NCBI GenBank assembly: GCA_034399535.1
Contig: DASCSS010000025.1
Location: forward strand, 1 to 55,849
Direction: 5' to 3'
Length of the DNA: 55,849 nt
Source: Candidatus Thalassarchaeaceae archaeon
GTDB lineage: Archaea; Thermoplasmatota; Poseidoniia; Poseidoniales; Thalassarchaeaceae
The notes beneath the pieces are model-generated. The model did no database searches, was not told where the DNA came from, and saw nothing but the letters and a program-made list of their open reading frames with translations. Made by a program: the position numbers and the translations under genes. Shown piece by piece: positions 9,509 through 18,854 of this stretch (positions are counted from its first letter, which is position 1; each line of letters begins with the position of its first letter).

Positions 9509-10417
9509 CTATTCAATTGAGAAACCTCTCACTAGAGAAACCCATTCTGCTGGTTCTAGCATGTCTGGTCTAAGGTCGTGCCAACCAACTTCCAAACCAT
9601 CTACACTGGACTCTAGGATAGAGGTGTGGGCCTTTTTCCATCTTCCCTTGTGCCATCCATTCAAACGAGAGATTCTAGGGGGAGGTTTGGACAAGAGGTT
9701 TCTCAGTTTCTTTCGCCGATTTGTGAAGCAGTGCTTAGTAATCATTCTGAACATCTGCTTGTCTAGTCCTTTGGTCTCTACTCTTTCTATGGGAAGGAGG
9801 ACAACAATCCTAGAGTGCACCCTAGGAGAAGGACTGAATGAGTTAGGTGGGACTCTGATGTCTTTTGATACAGCGAAATCTAACCAGAGATTCAATCCAA
9901 GAGGGCCCACGTCATAGGGTACGGAGGACATTACCATCCTATCTGCAAACTCTTCCTGGACCAATAATATCACTGCCTTAATCGGGTTTCTAGAGTGATA
10001 ATCCCTTATTCTCTCGATAATTGGACTTGAAATCTGATATGGTAAATTCGAAATCACATGTGTCAATCCCTCTGGCCATTTCGCTGATACAGCATCGGTA
10101 AGTTGGATGTCCAACTTACATCCTCGGCCTCCAAAGACTCTCTCAAGGTGTCTAACAGACTCCTGATCCAACTCCATCGCGGTCACTCTTGCTTGGGAAC
10201 GCAGTAGGGCTAGAGTGAGTGATCCGGGGCCGGGTCCAATTTCCAGTACGTGAGACTCCTCGTCTAAGGGGACTTTGTTCTCCCCAGCTAACGCCACTGG
10301 TCTGCCAATGGCCCTCTCGTCAACAAGAAAATGTTGCCCGAGAGACTTCTGGGGGACTAACCTATCACGCAATAAGTCAACGAGAAGGCGAGTGTCGAGA
10401 TCGTCCAGCGTCCCCAT
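9509..10417 (-). CDS. rsmA: 16S rRNA m6,2A dimethyltransferase
   Basis: KSLGQHFL, LEIGPGPGSLT, SNLPYQIS, QEEFADRM, F.P.PRVHS, RRKKLRN. Start moved to ATG 10417 so it does not overlap the upstream gene. Confidence 0.95.
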   Translation of the reverse strand: MGTLDDLDTRLLVDLLRDRLVPQKSLGQHFLVDERAIGRPVALAGENKVPLDEESHVLEIGPGPGSLTLALLRSQARVTAMELDQESVRHLERVFGGRGCKLDIQLTDAVSAKWPEGLTHVISNLPYQISSPIIERIRDYHSRNPIKAVILLVQEEFADRMVMSSVPYDVGPLGLNLWLDFAVSKDIRVPPNSFSPSPRVHSRIVVLLPIERVETKGLDKQMFRMITKHCFTNRRKKLRNLLSKPPPRISRLNGWHKGRWKKAHTSILESSVDGLEVGWHDLRPDMLEPAEWVSLVRGFSIE

Positions 10418-10418
10418 A

Positions 10419-11024
10419 TCATTTCTCTGAGCGTACCAGCAAATCAAGTAAGCGGGGTGTCTGTGCCACATCTTCCATTTCCTTGACATACCTCTCTGCA
10501 AGGAGTGTAACGGACTCGATTCCACAATCCTTGTCAATCTGCTCAAATGTTTCCCATCCTGCCATCCCCCTCAACTGAACCATCTGTATGGCCTTTGAGT
10601 TGCCTATTCCAGGCAATAGTTGGAAGGAGTGAAATTTCAGTGACATTGGGCCAGCACTATTGTAATAATTCAGGTGCGTTTCTGGATTGAGGTTTATCGA
10701 AGCACTTAGTGCCCCGACCAATTCCTGTTGGGAGGACCCGGTGAGATCCTTTAGCCTAACCTCAGAAAGATGTCCGATGTCCTCTGAGGGAATTTCTATC
10801 GAGTCTCCGACGGAAACAGAAACCCCCTCGCTGATCCTAGATCTTACAATATGCAAAGACGGCTCGGTGATGCATTGAATCTCGAGGCCAATTGGTCTCC
10901 TATCCTGAACATCGAGAATCCGGAGGCTAGTCTCGTTGTCATAGGGCCCAATGGTGTCCCCATCAGAATCGGGAGTGTCTCTAGGCAGCATGTCCTCGAG
11001 CCTCGCAGATGGGTTCTTCCTCAT
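10419..11024 (-). CDS. DUF655 family putative RNA-binding protein
   Basis: GPMSLKFHSFQLLPGIGNSKA HhH motif; canonical position between rpoF and rsmA. Confidence 0.88.
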   Translation of the reverse strand: MRKNPSARLEDMLPRDTPDSDGDTIGPYDNETSLRILDVQDRRPIGLEIQCITEPSLHIVRSRISEGVSVSVGDSIEIPSEDIGHLSEVRLKDLTGSSQQELVGALSASINLNPETHLNYYNSAGPMSLKFHSFQLLPGIGNSKAIQMVQLRGMAGWETFEQIDKDCGIESVTLLAERYVKEMEDVAQTPRLLDLLVRSEK

Positions 11025-11058
11025 GAAATGAGTAGTTAGGGAATCGATTGCTTGCTAT

Positions 11059-11430
11059 TCAGAGAATATGCTGGCGGACAACAGTGATTATCTCCTCTAC
11101 CTCTGATGTATCCATTGCAATCCTCTTGCTTGCAATGACCACCCTGACGTCGGCAACGGTTAGTGGCCCTAGCTCTGCAATCTTAGAGCAGACCTCAGGA
11201 TGCTGGTTCAGTTTCTCATTCTGCATCAGTTCTGCCATTAGTCCAGCATAAACTGCTGGATCGGTCTTTATGTCTCCTGATGGGTGGCCGCTAGCACTAG
11301 CCTTCCACTGGGCATGTTGAAGCGCCATTGTCTGCTCATACGAAATCTCGCCTCTTCGGTCTATTGCTTCCAATAGCTTATCTCGGACAGTAGCAAAATC
11401 GACGAATTCTCTGTTAGTCATATTATTCAC
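11059..11430 (-). CDS. rpoF: DNA-directed RNA polymerase subunit F (Rpo4)
   Basis: EISYEQTMALQHA and KIAELGPLTVADVRVVIA; directly downstream of rpl21e. Confidence 0.88.
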   Translation of the reverse strand: MNNMTNREFVDFATVRDKLLEAIDRRGEISYEQTMALQHAQWKASASGHPSGDIKTDPAVYAGLMAELMQNEKLNQHPEVCSKIAELGPLTVADVRVVIASKRIAMDTSEVEEIITVVRQHIL

Positions 11431-11724
11431 CTATTCAATTGGCCTCAAATGTTCCGGCCGCGCAACAACAGTCTTCGGCATGTTTCCGTCGGAAACTCGG
11501 ATGACGTAAGCCCTTCCCTGGGTTCCCGAAATTACGCCGGTTCTCCCCTGGAATCGCCTGTGTGGCATCCCCTTTTGCTGGGCTCCATCCAAGACAATTG
11601 CCACCCTGTCTCCTTCTTCGTAAGTATGCATTACTCTTCCGATGAAGAGCCTTCGCCGGTTCCTCTTGTCCTTGCTGAGGATGCTTCTGGTTCCTCTTCT
11701 AGACCCCTTTGTGCGGGTGACCAT
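11431..11724 (-). CDS. rpl21e: 50S ribosomal protein L21e
   Basis: KGSRRGTR...KGMPHRRFQGRTG...RPEHLRP. Confidence 0.97.
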   Translation of the reverse strand: MVTRTKGSRRGTRSILSKDKRNRRRLFIGRVMHTYEEGDRVAIVLDGAQQKGMPHRRFQGRTGVISGTQGRAYVIRVSDGNMPKTVVARPEHLRPIE

Positions 11725-11799
11725 GTTCTCACTACTCCATTATTGCGAAAGCGGGCGACCTGTGGGGCGTTCTTAAGGACTCGGATGTTATTCATGCAC

Positions 11800-13221
11800 T
11801 CATTCATAGTGTATATCCTCGACATCGAGCCAAATTACTTCGCAATCGGCTCCAATGACACTCTGGACCGAAGGTTTTGTTCTGCCCCCATCGGAATGAA
11901 CCAACTCCTTGACGTATGTTCCAGCCTCGCACCTGAGGGTCATCTGTACTTCTTCTTCCTCCACTTTCACATCCCTAATTGAGACGATTTTCCGCTTCCT
12001 AATCTTGTCTGCTCTTCTGTGGGAGACTCGTTTAGGGGTCTCCTGTTCGATGATTTGCCCGGATAGGGAAAGTATGGCTTCAATTACTTCTTCTTCAGGG
12101 CCAGTTTCGGATATTCCAAACCTAATCGTATAGGATTTCTCGGACCTCGATTGCTTGACTTCGTTAATCTTAGACTTCTTGCACCAAACAAGCCCGTCGA
12201 TCTCGACGTTGTTTGAGCCATTTTCATTAACCATTATTACTAGTTCGTCGGTTTGATATTCCCTCAAACGGGGTTTCTTTATTTCCAGCACGAACGGACG
12301 TCCAGATCCTAGGCATCTGACATCTATGTCCTCTCTGCCCATTCCATGGAAGGAAGTGTCTTCGGCATCGAGTGCTTCCCTGATAGGTTCCCCAATTATA
12401 TCTTGTACCGAATGGGCGTATTGCAATCCGGACCCTTGACACGAATCACAACCGTCAGCTCTTCCTCTGCAAGAGCGACACGGCCAACGAGTCTGAGGGA
12501 TTTCTCGGGATAACTTCCGATATCTACCATACAGGAAGATTGGCCTTACATCTACATCTACCCGAAGAGTAAGACCATCAACTAGAACCATTACATCTGG
12601 TATCTCCTTGACAAAGTCAACTTTCCTATTTTGTTCTATGATTCTGCGGTGGATTGACGCGACTATCGCTCCCTTGAGAGGATAGGAGCCAGGGGCCCCA
12701 TATTTCGTTCGAATTCGATCCTCTTCCTGGACGAGATCTTTTGGAAGGTGTATTCCAAACTGCATTGTTGAGAATTGGGTCCCCGATAGTGATTCGAAGA
12801 CTCTATCCACGATATTATTGACATCTTCGAATAAGTTCTCACAAAGAGGGCAGTAGTCCTGAATGACCTTTTCTGGAAGACCTGTATCCCTCGCATATGC
12901 CTCTTCTCTAATTATATGCCCAGGGGTTGAGGTCGAGAGCCTCCCCCCACATATTCTTCCCAAGCAGTGATCGCAAACTCCCATCTTGATTACATGGGCG
13001 ATTCCGAGTGGAGCGGGACAGGGTGGTGCGTCCCAGTTGATTGGGGTACCCCCAATATCATAGTCATCTCCATCGAACCAAATCTCGTCTTCGTCAGAAT
13101 CCTCAGCCTTTTCTTCATCGAAAGATAGGTCGGTTGAAGCGTATCCTGCTGAAGCATAGAGTTGCCACTCGTCCTCTTCGTCTAACTCGGTAACTCGGTC
13201 CTCCGGTTCATCCAATGCCAT
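11800..13221 (-). CDS. pus10: tRNA pseudouridine(54/55) synthase Pus10
   Basis: CDHCLGR, CPLC, YGRYRKLSREIPQTRW, FHGMGREDIDVRCLGSGRPF, QETPKRVSHRRAD, CEAGTYVKELVHSDGGRT. Confidence 0.96.
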   Translation of the reverse strand: MALDEPEDRVTELDEEDEWQLYASAGYASTDLSFDEEKAEDSDEDEIWFDGDDYDIGGTPINWDAPPCPAPLGIAHVIKMGVCDHCLGRICGGRLSTSTPGHIIREEAYARDTGLPEKVIQDYCPLCENLFEDVNNIVDRVFESLSGTQFSTMQFGIHLPKDLVQEEDRIRTKYGAPGSYPLKGAIVASIHRRIIEQNRKVDFVKEIPDVMVLVDGLTLRVDVDVRPIFLYGRYRKLSREIPQTRWPCRSCRGRADGCDSCQGSGLQYAHSVQDIIGEPIREALDAEDTSFHGMGREDIDVRCLGSGRPFVLEIKKPRLREYQTDELVIMVNENGSNNVEIDGLVWCKKSKINEVKQSRSEKSYTIRFGISETGPEEEVIEAILSLSGQIIEQETPKRVSHRRADKIRKRKIVSIRDVKVEEEEVQMTLRCEAGTYVKELVHSDGGRTKPSVQSVIGADCEVIWLDVEDIHYE

Positions 13222-13314
13222 GTTAATCCCACCGTAGCAACGGGCTGTACCGAATACTCCGACGTGATTGGGAGACTGATGGAGAATTTGACTTCTTCGC
13301 AGGGGACATATCCA

Positions 13315-13635
13315 TCAAATTGGGGTTCCGTGGTCCTCGCAAACTTCTCTCAGATGCTTGAATGAGTGTATGCCACTGGAGCATCCACTTGGCCACTCCA
13401 GTTGTATCCCATATCTTCCAACTGGCTTAACTTGAGGTTTTTCCAGTCTAAGGCGAGAGATTTCTTCTTTGAGTTCAATGTGTCTTTGTTCGTTCTCTTG
13501 CCGGGGCTTACAGTTTGCACACTGGCAATGAGATCGAATTACCAAGTAATCCAATCTGAATGATGAGCCATCTGCGAAAATTAAGGTGCAATCCTCGTCT
13601 CCTCTTTCGAAATCGGTCAGCAAGTCTTCCGACAT
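13315..13635 (-). CDS. DUF971 / gamma-butyrobetaine-hydroxylase-like N-terminal domain protein
   Basis: IRSHCQCANC...PVGRYGIQLEW...SSGIHSFKHLR. Confidence 0.85.
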   Translation of the reverse strand: MSEDLLTDFERGDEDCTLIFADGSSFRLDYLVIRSHCQCANCKPRQENEQRHIELKEEISRLRLEKPQVKPVGRYGIQLEWPSGCSSGIHSFKHLREVCEDHGTPI

Positions 13636-13834
13636 AGTTGTCCTCAGTCTCTCTCACTAGGTCATCGCGCTTGATTATATCGAACATTCCTGAGAATTAA
13701 ATTGAGCCTCGGTGACTCCAAAGATATCTCCTTCGAAAGATGGAGGTAGCACATAGGTGAGAGATGATTGCTGATTATCAAAACTGAAATACGGTAATTT
13801 TCCGGCAGTGACATATCACCTCCGGAGGGATTGG

Positions 13835-15223
13835 ATGTATCACTACAAACATGAAACCGAAGTCGAAGCAGATATCGATTCGACCTTTGCGTGGTTTGAG
13901 CATGAAGGTTCTTTCAGGAGATTAATGCCACCCTGGGAAGTTGCTGAAGAAGTGAGGGCGGATGACTCACTAGAGATCGGTTCACAGAGGGTATTCAGAT
14001 TCCCGATGGGTCCATTGAAGATGACTTGGGTAGCAGAGCATACGGCCTACAATCCTCCACAATTCTTCTCGGACAAGATGGTCAAAGGTCCATTCTGGTC
14101 ATGGAAGCATGATCATCATTTTGCTGAGTCAAGAGGGGTAACCACGGTAGTCGATGAAGTCTCTTACCAAGTTCCGTTTGGGTCTCTTGGGAACCTAGCG
14201 GACAGGGTACTAAGAGGAATGTTGGTGAAAGGACGAATTTCTAGGATGTTCAAGGCAAGAGAATTGAGGTTGAAGAGAGATATGAAGCAGCATTCGTTTT
14301 TCTCCAAAGGGCCGCGGAAGAAGATCCTAGTTGCAGGTTCTTCGGGGATGATTGGAACACAATTGGTTGCCTTCTTGGATACAGGAGGGCACGATGTATG
14401 GAGGCTTGTTCGTAGGGACACAAGAGAAAGTTCTAACGAGCTATACTGGAATCCCGAATCAGGGGAGTTAGATGCAGCGATTCTGGAGGGTTTTGATGCG
14501 ATAATTCACCTTGGAGGAGAGGGGATAGGGGATAAGCGATGGAGCGTGAAGAGGAAGGCATTGATCAGAGATTCAAGAGTAGATAGTACCAGACTTCTTT
14601 CCGAGGCAATTCATTCGTTGAATAATAAGCCGGAGTGCTTCATTCTGGCTAGTGCCATAGGCTGGTATGGTTCAAGGGGAGAGGAGAATCTAACAGAAAA
14701 TAGTGCGGTTGGAGAGGGTTTTCTTCCCGAAGTGTGTACAAAATGGGAGCAAGCGGCATCCAAAGTCAAGGATTCTGATGTGAGAACTGTGTTTCTAAGA
14801 AGCGGAATAGTTCTCGCTGCTACAGGTGGTGCTCTTGGAAAGATGCTTCTTCCGTTTAGATTTGGAGCTGGTGGGCCTATGGGAGGGGGTAAACAATGGA
14901 TGTCCTGGATTTCACTAGATGATGAAATATACGCCATTCACCACCTTCTGATGAGTGACAAATCAACAGGCGTATACAACCTAACTTCCCCCCAACCGGT
15001 TCGTCAGAGATCGTTTGCCAAGATCCTCGGGGGGGTGCTAAGGCGTCCGGCATTCGCACCACTCCCGAGGTTCATGGTTAAGTCGCTATTTGGAGAGATG
15101 GGCGTGAAGTTGACACTCGATAGTCAGAGGGTACTTCCAAATAGACTTGTTCGAGAGGGATATGAATTCCTTCATAGTGACTTAGAATCAGCACTTAGGG
15201 ATTCACTTGGTATGTGGAAATGA
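13835..15223 (+). CDS. SRPBCC domain fused to a TIGR01777/YfcH-family NAD-dependent epimerase
   Basis: N-terminal FRRLMPPW...WVAEH...KGPFWSWKHDH; then VAGSSGMIG, ASAIGWYG, GKQWMSWISLDD. ATG 13835 follows a GGAGG SD. Confidence 0.92.
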   Translation: MYHYKHETEVEADIDSTFAWFEHEGSFRRLMPPWEVAEEVRADDSLEIGSQRVFRFPMGPLKMTWVAEHTAYNPPQFFSDKMVKGPFWSWKHDHHFAESRGVTTVVDEVSYQVPFGSLGNLADRVLRGMLVKGRISRMFKARELRLKRDMKQHSFFSKGPRKKILVAGSSGMIGTQLVAFLDTGGHDVWRLVRRDTRESSNELYWNPESGELDAAILEGFDAIIHLGGEGIGDKRWSVKRKALIRDSRVDSTRLLSEAIHSLNNKPECFILASAIGWYGSRGEENLTENSAVGEGFLPEVCTKWEQAASKVKDSDVRTVFLRSGIVLAATGGALGKMLLPFRFGAGGPMGGGKQWMSWISLDDEIYAIHHLLMSDKSTGVYNLTSPQPVRQRSFAKILGGVLRRPAFAPLPRFMVKSLFGEMGVKLTLDSQRVLPNRLVREGYEFLHSDLESALRDSLGMWK

Positions 15224-15229
15224 TCGGGA

Positions 15230-15463
15230 TCACAGGGAAGTGCGGAATCCAAAGGCCCTAACTACACACCAACCAATTCGAGCTTCAAAAATTGAGAATG
15301 CCCCGCCTGCGACTATTGCAAGGGGAATGAGCCATGCAAGTTTGGGAATATTGTCTATAGCGAAAAATACTGTTGCGATAACCAATCCAAAGACTACTAC
15401 TAAAATTCCGATCCTTAGGCGGAAAGCCCTTCCTCTGGCATCTATGTTACACTCAAAGGCCAT
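15230..15463 (-). CDS. Small two-TM membrane protein (DUF2892/YgaP-like)
   Basis: CNID..GR..R, two hydrophobic helices, C-terminal GWC...G..T. Confidence 0.7.
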   Translation of the reverse strand: MAFECNIDARGRAFRLRIGILVVVFGLVIATVFFAIDNIPKLAWLIPLAIVAGGAFSIFEARIGWCVVRAFGFRTSL

Positions 15464-15546
15464 GTACCCTACAACCGTACTGTTGTAATCTCCCCATCAA
15501 CCCAAATATAGATTTTCTTTCCTCTTACTTTGAATTCTAACTCATC

Positions 15547-18500
15547 TCATGAATGAAGGTAGGAGTTGTGTGCTCGATGAAGAAGGCCCAAGGCAGCAGG
15601 CGCTATTACCATACTAGCAATCAATGAGAGGCCAATCATGATGGCGCAGAAAAGGCCGAAAGTGGAGAAGAAGCCCATTTCAGACTGCTTGATCACCCAG
15701 AAACCGGCGAAGTCTGAGATTGCGGAGCCGAATAGTGCCAGACCCGAAGCACTGCCCACTACACCTAGTGAATCAATGGTCGTAGAACCCTTCTCAATCT
15801 CCTCGCGGAATCTCTCAACCAAGTGGATGACATAGTCTATTCCCACTCCCAGTGATATCGCTGCTATCGAAACTGTCACCATGTTTAGGCCGAACCCCAT
15901 GACTCCAACCATGGCATACAGCCAGATAATCATCATCAGGATGGGGGTTGTTGCTACGGCGGCAAAGAAAAATGCAGTGGAGCCCCAGAGGAAAGATAGC
16001 GCCACAGAGAGGAATACTGAGGCAATTGCGAATTTCATCCCCAAGAAAAGGTATACTGTCGATGACAGGATAATGGTATTGAGGGCTATCGTAATTGCAA
16101 GTTTTTTGGGCTCGCTCGAGTATAGGGGAAGGCGCTGGGAAAGAGGGGACTCGGTGCGGAAACCCCACCACAGTGTGATGAAGCACATAATTACGCCAAT
16201 GAGGATGGTGTCCTGCAGATCATCCTGCATCGAGTCGGCAGCCACGAATCTAACCACGGGTTCCCCGGCAGGGATTGCCCAAGTTACTGGGTATTCCTCA
16301 TCGGAGAATGCATCAGAAAAGGGAGCTCTGTCCCTGAGTGGGGATTTAGAGAGATTCTGTAGAGGAATCATGTCTCTTTCTAGTTGTTCAAGTGCGGGCT
16401 CCACCAGGGCAAATTGCTCTGGACTGGATAGACCGAATCTGAGGGATGCCCGTGGATACTTTGGGGACTTGCCCGCCTCTGTAAGCCATGGTCTGTCGTA
16501 GTCCAGATTCCCTTCGACTTGGATGAACTCACCAACTATGCTAGTCGAAAGGGCTGGGTATCCCCCGCTGGATGGGACACCTCTCGTCATGATGAAGCCG
16601 TAGATGAATTGCAGGCACTTGCTGTCATTGGTTGAAGGGATGAAAATATAGTCTCGGTCACGATTTGGAATTAGGATGGTTTCACAGCCGATTCCCCCGT
16701 CGTTGGAACTGAAGTTCCAGCCAGCCTCCTCGAACGGAGTCTGGTTCCAAGCCATAGATGCACGGGCATACCACAGCATCTGGTCTATTCCCAATAGCTC
16801 GATGTCCCCACCTGGAAGCCTGGAAATCTGGTCGGGCTCATCCGGTCCATGTGAATTCATATTTTCCCGGAGCTCCTCAATCGCATCAAGGACTCGCGGA
16901 TTGGTCATGTTACCCTCAATAAGGATGAATGCGGGCTCTCCCTCGTCGCTGAATCGTTCGTTAATCAGGCCAACACCTACAGCAAGATCGGATTGCCCAT
17001 CCACGAAATCCTCCACCTGGAAGTCCCCTTCAAGTGACAGCATTATTGGAGTGGCGAACACGGTGACTAGAAGCGCGAGAACCATTACTAGCGGAGAAAA
17101 CTTCGCCGACCCACGGGTTACCTTCGAAAGCCATGACTTGGGTATCATGTGGATTGTATCGTCCCTTTCGTCCACTAGTTTTCCCTTGGATTGGAGCCAA
17201 ATATCCACATCCAATCTGAGCAAAGGAACCCAGAGTCCAGTGAGGAAGAAGGCACACATTACTCCCAGTCCTGCTTCGATTCCAAAGGATCTCAGTGCTG
17301 CAATACTGGAAGACAGGTTCGCCATGAAAGCGATTATTGTGGTTACTGAAGTGAGCATTATGGCAAGGCCGACCTTGCTGATGGAAATGCGGGTTGAATA
17401 CTCCAAATCCTTTCCTAAGCGCCTTTCCTCCTTGTACCTGTGCAGGCTGTGCAAGCTGTCGTCTATCTCAAGAGCCAGAATCAGAATTGGTAACAGATTA
17501 GAAAATTGAGATCTGAAGATTATCTCAAATCCAGTACCCCTTCCCAAGATAATGGCCCATCCTATCAGCCCATACATCCAGATCATCGAAGTAACCAGAC
17601 TAGTGCTGACGATTGCAACGTCCGATATCCTTCTGAGGTTGACCCATAGCAATAGTACAACCACTATGGACATGAGAATTACAAGATATGCGCTTGAGAG
17701 TAGTTCCCTGTTTATTTCAACATTGATGCTCTCTGCGAACATCAGTGTAACGATGTGCTCATCGCTCTCCCTTAGATCCTCCTCGAGAACTAGGTATACC
17801 CATTCCACCGAGCAGAGTTTCTGACCCGATGACTCCCTCTCTCTGCATTCCTCCACCGAATTTCTGACGGGGTCGGTGGTTAGTGTGACGCCGTCTAATT
17901 GGTATCCAAAATCTGCACTTGCGTTTTTCCAAGAGAACGTCCAGCCGTTGCTCTGCATCTCCTCCCTATTGAAATTGACAATGATCCATGCTGCCGATGC
18001 GGACCATCGTCCTTCTACCCAGTCATCCGAAGAAATCGAGCCGTCCGGGTCAATCTGGTGATTTAGTGGACCAATTACGTGGCTATCAGGGTCTGGGGTG
18101 AAAGCCCGGTCATTTGACAGGAATCTTAGGAAGGCGCCATTGCTATTGTTGGCCATCCTGTGTGCAGCCATATCGATATGTGCCTGCGTAACTAGCGGAT
18201 CGTCGAATTGTAGGCACTCCAACTGTCCACAGTCAGTCCAGTTTGTGGGTGCCGGATCGGTGGATGCTTCGATGTCCAAAGTGGAAGCGAGTTTGTATGG
18301 ATTAATCCGCGGTTGGGTAAGTGAGGAGTTGCCTGACATGAATGCCCTGAACTCATTGGCTAGATCCAGCATTCCCATCGAGGGATCGCCAGAAATCTCC
18401 GAGGCAAGGGGGAGGTAGAACTCTGAAACCTCATGATTTCTCATAGTCTCGGCGTTGATATCAATTTCCCTCAAGATAGTCAGGTTCAGGATTCCTCCTA

Positions 18501-18813
18501 CAGGAGTCTCTAGGCCAGTGTTCTTTCCTGGGTACTCGGCAATCATGGATATGTCCGAGTCGGCTTCTCCAAAATTCTCAGGATCTCTGACGAAAACTCC
18601 GAATCCCCAGATGTTTCCCGCAGCTGTGAATTCCTCTCTTAGGACAATGTTTGCATCCAACTCTGGAGACTCCATCTCGTAAGACTCGATATCAATTGGC
18701 TCGAAGGTTGCCAATACTCCGGGTATCATCAGCAGAGTAACTACTACGACGAGCACGTGGACTTTCTTCCGTCTCGGAATTAGGAAATCGGCGAGGTTGG
18801 AGAAATCCCTCAT
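15547..18813 (-). CDS. MMPL/RND-family transporter
   Basis: 1088 aa with a twofold (1 TM + large loop + 5 TM) layout; IDDSLHSLHRYKEE and GVGIDYVIHLVERFREE; LTSVTTIIAF. Confidence 0.92.
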   Translation of the reverse strand: MRDFSNLADFLIPRRKKVHVLVVVVTLLMIPGVLATFEPIDIESYEMESPELDANIVLREEFTAAGNIWGFGVFVRDPENFGEADSDISMIAEYPGKNTGLETPVGGILNLTILREIDINAETMRNHEVSEFYLPLASEISGDPSMGMLDLANEFRAFMSGNSSLTQPRINPYKLASTLDIEASTDPAPTNWTDCGQLECLQFDDPLVTQAHIDMAAHRMANNSNGAFLRFLSNDRAFTPDPDSHVIGPLNHQIDPDGSISSDDWVEGRWSASAAWIIVNFNREEMQSNGWTFSWKNASADFGYQLDGVTLTTDPVRNSVEECRERESSGQKLCSVEWVYLVLEEDLRESDEHIVTLMFAESINVEINRELLSSAYLVILMSIVVVLLLWVNLRRISDVAIVSTSLVTSMIWMYGLIGWAIILGRGTGFEIIFRSQFSNLLPILILALEIDDSLHSLHRYKEERRLGKDLEYSTRISISKVGLAIMLTSVTTIIAFMANLSSSIAALRSFGIEAGLGVMCAFFLTGLWVPLLRLDVDIWLQSKGKLVDERDDTIHMIPKSWLSKVTRGSAKFSPLVMVLALLVTVFATPIMLSLEGDFQVEDFVDGQSDLAVGVGLINERFSDEGEPAFILIEGNMTNPRVLDAIEELRENMNSHGPDEPDQISRLPGGDIELLGIDQMLWYARASMAWNQTPFEEAGWNFSSNDGGIGCETILIPNRDRDYIFIPSTNDSKCLQFIYGFIMTRGVPSSGGYPALSTSIVGEFIQVEGNLDYDRPWLTEAGKSPKYPRASLRFGLSSPEQFALVEPALEQLERDMIPLQNLSKSPLRDRAPFSDAFSDEEYPVTWAIPAGEPVVRFVAADSMQDDLQDTILIGVIMCFITLWWGFRTESPLSQRLPLYSSEPKKLAITIALNTIILSSTVYLFLGMKFAIASVFLSVALSFLWGSTAFFFAAVATTPILMMIIWLYAMVGVMGFGLNMVTVSIAAISLGVGIDYVIHLVERFREEIEKGSTTIDSLGVVGSASGLALFGSAISDFAGFWVIKQSEMGFFSTFGLFCAIMIGLSLIASMVIAPAALGLLHRAHNSYLHS

Positions 18814-18854
18814 GGACGTCTCGCGACAAATGGGATATTTACAGGTTGCTTGTC

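Noticed and set aside
10418-10546. N-terminal extension of RsmA in the track (start 10546)
   Set aside because: It overlaps DUF655 by about 130 nt; ATG 10417 just after the DUF655 stop gives a normal-sized protein.
12425-12485. DnaJ-like CxxC...CxxCxGxG inside Pus10 as a novel insertion
   Set aside because: A zinc-finger insert at this position is a normal feature of many euryarchaeal Pus10 proteins.
13835-15223. SRPBCC-epimerase fusion as a novelty
   Set aside because: This fusion architecture is already familiar from many bacteria.
15470-15487. Inverted repeat TACAAC-n6-GTTGTA upstream of the small membrane gene
   Set aside because: Only 6-bp arms and a single copy, so compatible with chance.
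15638-18682. Numerous long antisense ORFs over the MMPL gene (similarly over pgk, rpl10, the oxidase-fold gene, the M20 peptidase and the helicase)
   Set aside because: Ser/Pro/Ile-rich mirror-frame translations with no motifs, fully overlapping well-supported genes.
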